Made by a program: the position numbers and the translations under genes. Below, piece by piece: positions 27,350 to 38,591 of a stretch of DNA of 64,000 nucleotides. The DNA comes from Lingula anatina. Lineage: Eukaryota > Animalia > Brachiopoda. Under the pieces are notes generated by a model. It worked only from the letters and a program-made list of their open reading frames with translations, did not search any database and had not been told where the DNA came from. Location: positions 11,098,001 to 11,162,000 of the forward strand of contig CM120649.1 in the NCBI GenBank assembly GCA_051362555.1, read 5' to 3'. Position 1 is the stretch's first letter. Each line of letters opens with the position of its first letter.

Positions 27350-29524
27350 ATGATTCGATCTGTTTCGAAGACAGACGACGACAACCAGTACACGGACGCC
27401 ACGGCGGTAAGAATAACGGATAAAGACTTTTCTGAGATGGAAACTGCTATTTTGGAGACCATCGAGCTCGGATCGGAAACCAATTCCGAAATAACTACAG
27501 AGAATAGTAGCGCAATATCCGCCGCAGATCTAAGGCCAAAGATTACCGGGAACGAAATCAATATGAAGCTAAAACCAAAGAAAAACTGCAACGGAAAGCG
27601 GGTCACCATCAACGTCGCCGGGACGAAGTTCTTGGTCAGTTGGGACACTTTGGCCAAAGTTCCCAACACACGGCTTAGCCGATTGACCATGTATGATGTA
27701 GATCCAGATGAGGACGAGATATTTTTCGAGAGGGATCCTACGTTCTTTCCGTCCATTCTCGGTCTCTACTACACTGGTCAGCTTCATTTCTTGCACAGTC
27801 TCTGTGGGCCTGCGATCCTTACGGAGCTCGCCTACTGGGAGATACCGGCCACCGCCCTCTCCCCGTGCTGTAAGGAAGCGTGTTTTGTCACAGAAGAAAA
27901 GCGACAAGAAAATCAGAAACTTGCGGATGAATTCGGACTGTCAGAACAGACAAGTTACGTGGACGAAAAGAGATGTTGTGGCACATGGAGACTGAAGCTA
28001 AGAAGATTTTTGGAAGATCCTCAGTCTTCGACTGGGGCGAAGGTTAGTCGGTTGTTTTTGAAAGGCAAACGAATCATTGGCCTGAAATGCATCACGATTC
28101 TGACACCACTACGACTGATAACGTTTAAAATAGTCCCCCCTTCTCTCTCTCTCTCTCTCTCAGACCGTTATTTTCCATTCCCTATAATATGTCTAAGTTA
28201 CTGCATGTAAGGGTTATCAATTATAAATCCCATTTTGATTTAATAAGAAGAAAGAATGTAAATAAAATATTTTTTGCGGTATTAGGGAACGCGAACTATT
28301 GTAATTAGTGACATTAAGGATATATTGTCACCCTCCGCCCAAAACTCCTTATTTACTGCCTTACATACATTCTTTTTGGGTAATAAAATACTCTTCATTG
28401 ATCTGTGAATAAATTAAGTAACATTTACATATATGTCAAATTATGGGTGACGTCACAATCGCGATTTAGGGGTAAAAACTAAAAAATCGGTTTCTTAAAT
28501 TTCTCTTTTACCTGAGCACCCATGATCACCGTTTGAACACCGATATAATGAAACCATTTAGTACCTAAAAACCCTGCCAGCGATTTCTCTTAAATTTCTT
28601 AGTTAAGATTTTATCGTTGATAAAGCAGAAAAATACCTTTGTTTAATGAAAATATGTAATTACGGGCTCATAACTCCATAACAAAAGCATTTAAACTAAA
28701 ACGCTGGCACTGGATTGTAGCTCATACTCTTGAGGTCCACTATGCCAATTTTCGTGCTAAAATCTTTTTCAATGATGAAATTACACCCCATACAGATTGC
28801 TATCTTACCACGAAATAGAAAGGTGTGAAATAGACGATTAAAACTTTCAGTTGCCTATGCTTATACATTGCAACGAAAAATATAAAAGCCGATTTTTTTT
28901 TATATTTTCGAGAGTTTTTTCATTGTTTTAAACCAGCACAAAGATAGATACATTATTACATAATTAGATGCAGGAAAATAACTCATTTTCGGTATAATAT
29001 CCTTAATTAAAGAATGTATTTTTGCTATTTGAATAAATAACACCTAACACGTATCTATCAATTGACACTAAGAGATTATGAAGAGTCCTTTTTCAAATAA
29101 GCAAGCAAGGTGGTTCATCACCAGTGCTTTTAGATATAGGTTAGATGACGCTCAATAATACTTGAAGGACAGCTGTTTCGCAGGTTTGTTCTCTTTTTCA
29201 GACAGCATTATGCAACAATTCTTCCTTTTATGGAATATCTTATTACGCAGTAATGGATAAATCAATTTAATACACAGGTCTAAACATACTGGTACAGGAA
29301 AACAATTCCAACTGATATACAATCATTGCACGTTAAACAACTTTATGTGGACAATACTCATCAAACAAGGCAGGCCGTAAATATTTTATAAGCAGTGTAC
29401 AATGACACTTCACTAACAATAGTTATATCATTCATTACCCGGCTTGGAATCAGATAACGACATTTGAGTAATTCACTGTTAAACTGCCAATACATTATTT
29501 CAGTCCGCTGCCTAAAGTTATCGT

Positions 29525-29566
<42 letters not shown>

Positions 29567-31070
29567 CGTACGTGTGTTTTTCAGGTTTGTAACAGTGCGC
29601 GTTTTTAACCCGGCTTAACTTTTTAAACTCTACTATAGTAAAAATCCCAGACAGCAAACATTGGTCGCACCGACATCGGCAGTTGTCGGCACGGTTGAAG
29701 TTGACAACAGCGGCGACCCCGATGTAGCGTCACTGGTAAATGCTTTCGGTCCTACGTTGAGGCACTGTACTGGGGTTGAACTATCTGACGTATTATGTGT
29801 ATTCTTTTCTGTCGCCTGTTTTGTAGACAAGTTGCTTTGTCTTCATCAGATGGCTCAAAAATTGATGATACATGTAATATCAATATTTGATGATAATAGG
29901 AAAATCTTTAACTTAAACAATTGAAATTGTCAGAGCTGACAAATAATAATGTATCCAAAAATATGTGCAGCAATTCAATTCATAAGCTTGTGAACTTTTT
30001 TTAAGTCACCATAGGCCTATATTAGTTATAATTATACGCGAAGGATTCAGTGCATCTTTCTATATTTGATTTCGTAACTTCCATTATAGTTTCATTCTCC
30101 TTTTTTTCTAGAATAACAGAGGGGTTATACATGTAGCGTATTTTACATATAATAGTCACATGGTTCTCACGTGGTATTTCAGATCTGGCTGTTCCTGGCT
30201 CTCTTAGCAACAGTCTTCAGTTTCGCCAGCGAAGCCATTTCCTCAGTGGAGGAATACAGAACCCCCTTAGACTACGACCCGGCCGTTAACAACTCCACTT
30301 TCCGCGAGATGATTACAGCTGATTTAAGCGACAAAGAACTGATGCGCCTTATCACTAACGACAACGCTGTTAACAACATCCTCCGCGATCTAGCGCAGTT
30401 CTTTTTCACCCTGGACATTATATTGAGAATGGTCGCTTCTCCCAGCAGATGGCGCTACTTCAAGTCCGTGTTGAATGTCGTGGACTGCGTGTGGCTGGTG
30501 TCTTCCTGGGTGCTCTATGCCTTCGTCCACTTGTACTGCGCCGAGTGCTGGTGGACAATGTCCACTCTGGCGTTCCGCACGATATTCTGGCTGTACTTCA
30601 TCAACAATAGCCTGCGCGTCTTCCGCGTGGTGCGCATCGGATACCTCTTCATGCCACTGAAGGTGATTTTTCTCACAATTAAGGCAAGCATAGCAGAAAT
30701 CGTAACTCTCCTTTTTCTGCTAATCCTTGGAGCGCTGATCTTCGGTCCCTTGATATATCTAGTTGAAGTTTCCAATGACAAATCATCCATGCATAACATT
30801 CCTATTGGCTACTGGTGGGCAGTTGTAACCATGACGACTGTTGGCTATGGCGATCGGTATCCATCGGAGTTGTTCGGCTACGCTGTCGGAATTGTCTGCG
30901 TCACGGTTGGTTTGGGATTCAGCGGGCTGCCAATATCAGTGATAAGCGCCAATTTTAGCAGGTACCAGGCCTTTGCGGCATACATAAAGGCGAAAAAATC
31001 CCAGTCACGGGGCAGTTCGCAGGAGTCGGCGTCAAATGCCATTTCACCTGAACTGACATGCAAAGGATAG
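27350..31070 (+). CDS. Divergent Shaw/Kv3-like voltage-gated K+ channel alpha subunit, paralog 2 (~526 aa)
   Basis: Exon 1 27350-28042 (T1 with LHFLHSLCGP...ELAYW...PCC; FLEDPQSSTGAK|GTTAGT); exon 2 30183-31070 (TTTCAG|IWLFL; NIPIGYWWAVVTMTTVGYGDRYP; S6 LPISVISANF). Confidence 0.93.
28318..29002. mobile_element. Kolobok-like non-autonomous DNA transposon (Kv paralog 2 intron)
   Basis: TTAA|GGATATATTGTCACC ... GGTATAATATCC|TTAA: TTAA flanks and short imperfect TIRs starting with GG. Confidence 0.5.
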
Positions 31071-31242
31071 TGTGACAACACAATATGTCGCACAAACGTC
31101 ATTTTATTTTTTTTTTTTCGTTTTTTCTGTGATTAATGTGTTTTGGTAATGTGTGTTTTAAAACGACAAATCTCTTACATAGCTGTAAACATTCATTTAT
31201 ATACATGTACCATATGTCCTGTTATTCAGTGTTTAATACTTG

Positions 31243-31947
31243 AAGATTGTAAACACTTGTAATTGCGCCGACTCTGCCACTGCCATGGTCATCCGTGCCC
31301 TAGTATCCTCAAAACTTGATTACTTTAACTCCTTCTCAAAGTAAAGAAAGAACAAAGAAACTCAACACATCCAAAACATCCCAGCCCGTCTGCTTATTCG
31401 GACTACTATGGAGAATCACATGACACCGATTTTACAAGAACGTCGCTGGCTACGTGAAAATCAAGGAATTTTATTCAAACTTTTAATATATACGCTCATG
31501 CTGCTTTTTATGGACTTGTACCACGTTCTTTGTGAACTGGTATCTTATTACTCACCAGATCGCATGTTATGATTTAAGGACCATTTATTATTAAAACCTC
31601 ATTGTGCAAGGCTTAAAACATTTGGACACAAATCTTTTGAATACGCGGCCCCGTATATGAATGGAATCAGTTACCATCAGAAGTAGGGAATATAAGTTCA
31701 GCTGATGGTTTTAAAAGAACACCTCAAACTTATCGTTTTAATAATAAACTAAACAATATAATTGTATATTTTTCTGTTTACTTTTATAAAGAAAATTATA
31801 ATCGGAGATTCCTCTCTGTATTCCTAATACCATTCCTTTCAATCTGAATTAATCCTTTTAACTGCGTATCTTAATTGTATAATATTTTATTTGTAAAGTT
31901 TACAGAACATATTATTATGGATTTTAGACTCTAAATAAATGAATAAA

Positions 31948-31996
<49 letters not shown>
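31243..31996 (+). mobile_element. Decayed L2/CR1-group LINE 3' fragment
   Basis: Broken frames give ALVSSKLDYFNS, QHIQNIPARL, HMTPILQERRWL, ILFKL, FGHKSFEYAAP, WNQLP; ends in AATAAA and an (ATT)n tail. Confidence 0.8.
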
Positions 31997-33147
31997 GTGA
32001 GTTTTTCTTTTTATGAAATGCAAATGGATGCAAAGTGTCATGGCCATCTGACATTGCCATTGGTTCTGCTTTCTGACTACGTCACGTTTTCCTTTGCCAG
32101 TTTTTATCAGTTTTTATATTTCTAATTTACTATCAATTTTTCATTGTCCCTCGGTTTATAATGACGGGAACAGCAAATAGTCTCTGATGAGAATAACCGT
32201 GTTGCCCCCTACATGTATGAGGCGTCACCGGTGTGGCATTTCCGCCTTTCTTACAAGTAGCATGGTGACATGAATGATTCGACTACAGCTCACAACGACT
32301 AACAGTTTTAAAACGATTTGCCTTTTTATTATCCTGATTAAGTCTATTTGATATCACAATTTTATAGTTCGTAATCAAATATTTTCTTCTCTAAATTTTT
32401 ATCGAGTGATATACTACTATTCATATTACAGTTTATGAAAAAAAAAACTGTATAATAAGCGTGTTTGAGTGTGTACGTATCTCATACTGAAATATTACGT
32501 TTTTGCTTTCAGGAATTATTCTTTACTTAACCAGAGCCATTTTCAAATATACAGAAAACATTAGACAAGTTTTTTTGTTGTTGTTATAGAAAAAAACACG
32601 GTAATGACATGCTATTCACTTGATTTCAGGTAATTGATCTATTTCTTTAAGCAGATTAAAACATTTTGGCTTACTGGTAATGTTTAGACCAATATTCGGA
32701 TCAAAGTTATTTTGTGAAACCCGTCCTTGTAGTGTTCACAATCGAAAATCCCAGCTATCAGAACGTAAAAAATAACCAGATATATCCCAATGTATGGTGG
32801 TGACGCCTACCGTTTAGATTTTGTATTAGACGCATTGCAGGTGTATAAAGGGCCAGGAACTTTTTATCTATGCATTTTAAACGATTCATTAATATATTGC
32901 ACAATATAAAAATATTTCATCTTAATCCACGAATTCACAAAAATTGAATATATCTTTAATCTTTGTACAGCTTTATTAGTTTCAATGCAGTGAGAAGCAG
33001 TATTGTCACTACAGTCAACAGATTTGGTAAAAGTTATAAATAATCGGTAACCTTGAAAACCTACTTGCAGCAGCACCTACTGTATACGGAAGAGTTCACT
33101 TTTATCTGACTGCAAACATGCAAATATATACACATCTGCTTTCAACT

Positions 33148-33184
<37 letters not shown>

Positions 33185-33804
33185 CCTTATGTCCGGATGA
33201 CGATCCTCTTTGAATGAAAAGTTAATCAAGGTTTGGAGGTTCAGCTTTCAGGGAAAGAATTTACTCTGGCACGCAGGAAAATCAATACGCCAGACATTGT
33301 CATCTGACCATGTATTATTCATCAAAACATCTATTGATAAACACTCAGTGGAATTATAGTGACATGAATATGAGTACTATACCAAAGCTAGTCCGTTAAA
33401 GGCGTGCGGTGAAAGGACCCTTAAGGAGCAAACGTTCGCTTTTCCTAGAAATTCTAACACTTTTCCTTAAATCACCAAGGTATATTACATTATATCCAAA
33501 ACATATCACTAATTCAAGACCCATATTCTTGTTTTAAGTCCTAAGGCAAATAAAGTTTAGTTTTTGTGTAACCCTTGTAACGGAAGCAGAGATGGCGAAA
33601 ATAAGGAATGCTGAGCTGTGAAAATTATAGAGAAAATAGAGCAATAGGTCTTAGTCACTACGAGTAGGATTATTTAGGATGCTTTCACCTACAGTTATGA
33701 AGATATTGCAAGTGCATGTACCATTGTATGTAATATTACCGCGCATTCCATCCAAGCTGCATTTTATTTTCTGCCATGCTTCATAGAGGCCTTTTAATTC
33801 AAAT

Positions 33805-33840
<36 letters not shown>

Positions 33841-34958
33841 ACAAGAATGATTCAGAGAGCATGACTTGCACAAATATATGTACAAGAATGAAAAATTTTC
33901 AGTCTAGTTACTAAATTAATGGTACTTACAAGCCAGGAAAAAAGTTAATGCTGATATTGATTTAACTTCTTAAAGTCGATTCAAGGTAATCCAACAGTGG
34001 ACAAAAGATATTCAGCATTGGCTGAAGTCGCCATTAACCTTCCACTTTAGTATTTTGAAAATCGATATATTGCCAGCCGTTTCTATTTATTTTGATTTCC
34101 TTTCATATTTATGGCATGTTGTGAAATATGTCCACTATTGTGACTATCGTGTGTCTGTGTACGCCATCACACACTCATTCATTTTTATATCAATCTGAGC
34201 AATTTTGTAACCCTTATTTTCCGATAAAAAGTAAATTGCGAATCAAAGGCAAAAATTCATTTAATTCAACCATGAAACAAATGTATGGAGGTTCAGTGCA
34301 AAAAAACTCATTTTGAATTTTTTTCTCCAGTTCGAACAGCCATTGACCACCAATCTTCTCTCTCTACATTGAATGCCTGTCTTTCAACTTTTCGGATATT
34401 CATAAAACAGACGTAAATCATTTCAGTTCAAACCAAGAAATACCCGTAGTTGTGTTCTCGGGTTTTTCGCAATTTCGTAGAGGAAGAGAACATTTAAATA
34501 TACCGTAGAGTTTGGACACTTGAAATGCATTACTTCCAGGGTACGTGTCAATGCCATGTACCCGTAGATCAACACTGACTAAATAGCCAGATCCATTACC
34601 ACTTCAATAACGGTAATGGCATTGTCAACCTGGATATAACGATTAATTCGAGGGCAGGGGGAAGTGGAGAGGAATCTAGACACTTGCAGTGATACAAAAT
34701 AAACCAAAGTGGAATCAAATCTTAATAAATCCGTCTAAACATTCACAGTATCGTCACATAGAACAGTAGAGTCAGGGCGAACACATTAAAAAAGAAATTC
34801 ATCACGTGGCCTGTCCATGCAAGATGGGTGACAACCCCACATCCTCCTGCATCCCCTTTTGGTGTCGGACGGAAATGGCTTAGAATTCTATAGCATGCAT
34901 ATTATAACGTATCGACTTCAGTCCATTACATTTCAGAGATATTCGGCGAAACATCGCC

Positions 34959-37900
34959 ATGAACATCATACAGGTTGCCGCTGCGGGTAAAGACGGCTAT
35001 TCTACGAACAGGGGAAGGATAGATGTTAGAAGTGCAAGAGGGGTCTCAAAGACCTGTGAGAAACAAACGATACATGTGCAGCCGACATCCCAATTGTTTC
35101 AGTCCGAAGAGGCGTCAGACGCATCATCAGAAATATCGAAGAAAAACAGAGAGCGAGTCACTATCAACATCGCTGGGACCAAATTTGTTACGACGTGGGG
35201 GTCCTTGGCTAAACTTCCCAATTCTCGCTTAGGTAGACTGACAGTGGACGACATAGATTCTGGAGAAAATGACATCTTTTTCGAGAGAAACCCGACCCTT
35301 TTCCCGTACATTCTCGCTCTCTACTCCACCGGTCAGTTTTCTTTCCCGCACAATTTCTGCGGGGCAAGCATAGTGAACGAGATGGAATTCTGGGAAATTT
35401 CAAGGTGTGCGCTGTCCCCCTGTTGTAAAGAGATTCTGCTGGAACAAGAGACGCAGCAGGAAGAAAACGAAGCAATTGCTAAACAGTTTAGCCAACTGAA
35501 CTTGGCAGAAATGGCGCCTGATGACAAAAGTTGTGGTTGGAGAGTAAAACTTGGACGTTTCTTAGATGACCCTAAGTCATCGAACGGGGCTAAGGTAAAC
35601 ACACACGCATAAACACACACACACACACGCACACACACACATACACACACGAAACGAGGCAGGCACATAATACGCTCTCATACCTTTTACAACAAAGTGC
35701 AATTTTCAAGGAATCCCTTATTAACCACTAATTGAGTTGATCCATTTACAAACCCAGCACCAGAACTACAATTCATTAAAATTTATTTTTGAAGTGTGTA
35801 GTTTTTGAGTCATTCTTTAGCAGTAATGGAAATTTCTTTTGGTTTATTTTGCTTGTGGCGGTAGAAAAGTATGAATTTAAGAGTTACACGTTTATGTAGA
35901 CCACAGCTACTTCAGCAGGTTTGAATAAAGCTCAAATTAGCTAAGAGCGCATTCCCAGAATTAAGATCGATCTTTCTAGATCGACCTAACTCCCTGGGGG
36001 TTCACGCTAAATTGCAGTCAGCCGACCGCGCACGGAAGTTAATTACCCCCTTACAGCTTTTAGTAGGCGGGGCAGTCATTAAAGCCAGCTAAGCGCACAG
36101 TAATCTAGTGAGACTCCCCACGGGGATATATCGATCTAAAATCTGTGGGAATGGGGTCTAATATATGCACAATTAAGCGTGCCCAAGCGGTAGCTCGTAA
36201 CATGCACAATCGTGAGCGGACATTCACATTAACCAATCAATCATATATACACACACTGGACAATAGAAGTGTCACCCCCCCCAAATCAGAGTAATCAAAG
36301 TAGGCAGATCTTGGGTAGTTATAATGCCTGGTCTACTTATAATTTGACTAATGAGTATAAAACCGCTGTACCATGGAATTGTATTGTTGGTCTTGTACAT
36401 GTACAGCAAATGTTATTCCTGTCTTCCTCCAATATGGCAAGATACAGGCAATTATCTAACGGTTATAGGTGCAAGTTATTAACCTGAAGAGGCGGAATAT
36501 AAGCAATGTCATAATATCAATACAGTTGAATTGTTCAGTCAGAACCGTGCAGAGGGCCAGGTCTCGGTATAGAAACACTGGATCAAGAGACAAATTGCCT
36601 CTGATGGGTGGTCCAGGAAAAACTACCGACCTTGAAGACCGACGACTGATTTTGATGTCCAGGTTGTCAAGGTTCGACATTGCTTGTCAGTTGACAACAC
36701 TGTGGAACAATTTCACACATAATAATCTGTCTGTGAAAACTGCTAGGCATCGATTACATGCTCAGAGAGTGTACGGCAGGGTAGCGAGACGGAAAGCTCT
36801 TATATCGTTACAAAACAGGCAACGTAGAGTGAACTAAGGCCAACAGGATCTGGAACTGGACAGTCCATGACAATTGGTCATATATAGTTTTTTTATGAGT
36901 GTCGCTTTGATCTGACCTCTGATGACAGACTTGTCCGATGCTGGCGAACTGCTGGTATAGCATTTGAACCACATGTACTGAATTTTCGAACCCGGAGCAG
37001 CATATTCATCATGGTGTGGGGCTGCATCAGCATCCATGGCGTGGGTGAATTGGTTATAGTTGATGGAAACATGAATCACCAGAAATATATCGATGTTTTG
37101 GAGTCAGGCTTGCTGCCATCTATTACTAACATGTTTGGTGACAGGAATTATCCATTTATTCACCAGGATGACAATGCTCCTTGTCACAGACCCAGAGCAG
37201 TTGATGATTGGTTTGACCAACAGGGCATTCGCAGGGTGATGTGGCCTGCCCAGAGTCGGGATGCAAACATAATAGAAAATGTGTGGAATGATATTTCAAA
37301 ACTTTTGACAAATGGCCGTCCAACAAGCAGACAAACTCTGTTAGATTCAGTGTGTCATGCTTGGGCCAGCATAAGCCCTCAACGCATCAGGCAATTATAT
37401 GAATCCTTGCCTCGCAGACTGGCAGCTATTATTAGGTCACGTGGCTATGCCACTAAGTACTAATTTTGGACTTGAAACTGCATATCTTGGTAGAATGTAT
37501 ATTTTGTTCTCATTTTTTTTTTGTGAAATTTGACGTTAATAAAATGTTACCAGGAGCATATCATTCCACAGTCATTTTTCTCCCCCAAAGTATTGGTTCA
37601 GTAGGGGTGACACTTGTATTGTCCAGTGTGTGTACATCAGAGTAAGAAGTGCACCACGAGCTTCAAATTTTATTTTTAACAAAATGTACCCGCTATTTTT
37701 ATTTCTCCTCAGGTGTGGATGTTTGTCTACTTATTTGTCACCATAGTTTATTACGCTGCAGACGCCGTCAGCACCGTGAAATCATTCCGGACGCCAATGA
37801 GCAACGGGTCTCTCATCACCGCTAACCTGAGCGATAAGGAAAGGCTTTACATAACCACGCGAGAACATGGCGTTACCGAATGTATCCGTTACATCACCAC

Positions 37901-38591
37901 CATCTATTATACGCTAGATATTATACTGAGGATGCTTGCTGCACGGAGCTTCAAGCTTTATTTCAGATCCGTGCTGAATATAATTGATTTAATTTGGGTG
38001 TTGACAACCTGGTCTTTATTTGCTTCGTACATGATAATGGGCAGCCAGTTACCACATTTGTCGTTCCTGGAGTTTAAAATTCTGTATTTCATGTCCTACG
38101 CCAGTCTGGCCCTGCGCATATTCCGTATCTACCGTTTCAGTCTACAGTACACTCCACTCAAAATTTTGGTCCTCACTCTGAAAGGAAGCAGCACCGAGAT
38201 ATGCATCCTGCTTCTGTTGCTATGCGGGGGTACCATGGTTTTCGGTTCTCTGATTTACATATCGGAGATAAGCAACGACGATTCGTTCATGGACAATGCT
38301 CTGATTGGCTATTGGTGGGCCGTGGTTACCATGACGACCGTCGGCTATGGCGACACCTATCCTAAAGACGCGGCAGGCTATCTCGTCGGTATCGTCTGCG
38401 TGATCGTCGGTGTGGGATTCATAGGTCTCCCCATGTCAGTGATCAGCGCCAACTACAGTAAATATCGCTCCTTCGCTTGCACACTGGAAGCCAGGAACAG
38501 ATGCAAACTGAAATATCTGAAAATGGCGCCAACGATCCCCTCCACCGATTCACGCAAGCTGCCGAAGAGCTTTAAAATGTCAGAAAAATAA
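34959..38591 (+). CDS. Divergent Shaw/Kv3-like voltage-gated K+ channel alpha subunit, paralog 3 (~504 aa)
   Basis: Exon 1 34959-35594 (T1; FLDDPKSSNGAK|GTAAAC); exon 2 37713-38591 (CTCCTCAG|VWMFVY; GYWWAVVTMTTVGYGDTYP; S6 LPMSVISANY). Closest to paralog 1. Confidence 0.93.
35945..36158 (+). mobile_element. PIF/Harbinger-like MITE, family B copy 3
   Basis: TAA|GAGCGCATTCCCAG ... TGGGAATGGGGTC|TAA; colinear with 9626-9850. Confidence 0.8.
36250..37632 (+). mobile_element. Tc1/mariner DNA transposon (DD34E) in Kv paralog 3 intron, transposase disrupted
   Basis: TA|CACACACTGGACAATAGAAGTGTCACCCC ... complement|TA (29-bp TIR, 1 mismatch). Transposase from ATG 36433 to 37463 with stops/frameshifts: HTH region, GRVARRKALIS, MVWGCIS, HQDDNAPCH-x-WPAQSRDANIIENVW (D34E). 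Confidence 0.93.

Noticed and set aside
33148-33181. Long poly-G runs (also ~11925, ~16675 and ~63815 poly-C) as G-quadruplex elements
   Set aside because: Common homopolymers here, often inside MITE relics; no specific functional evidence.
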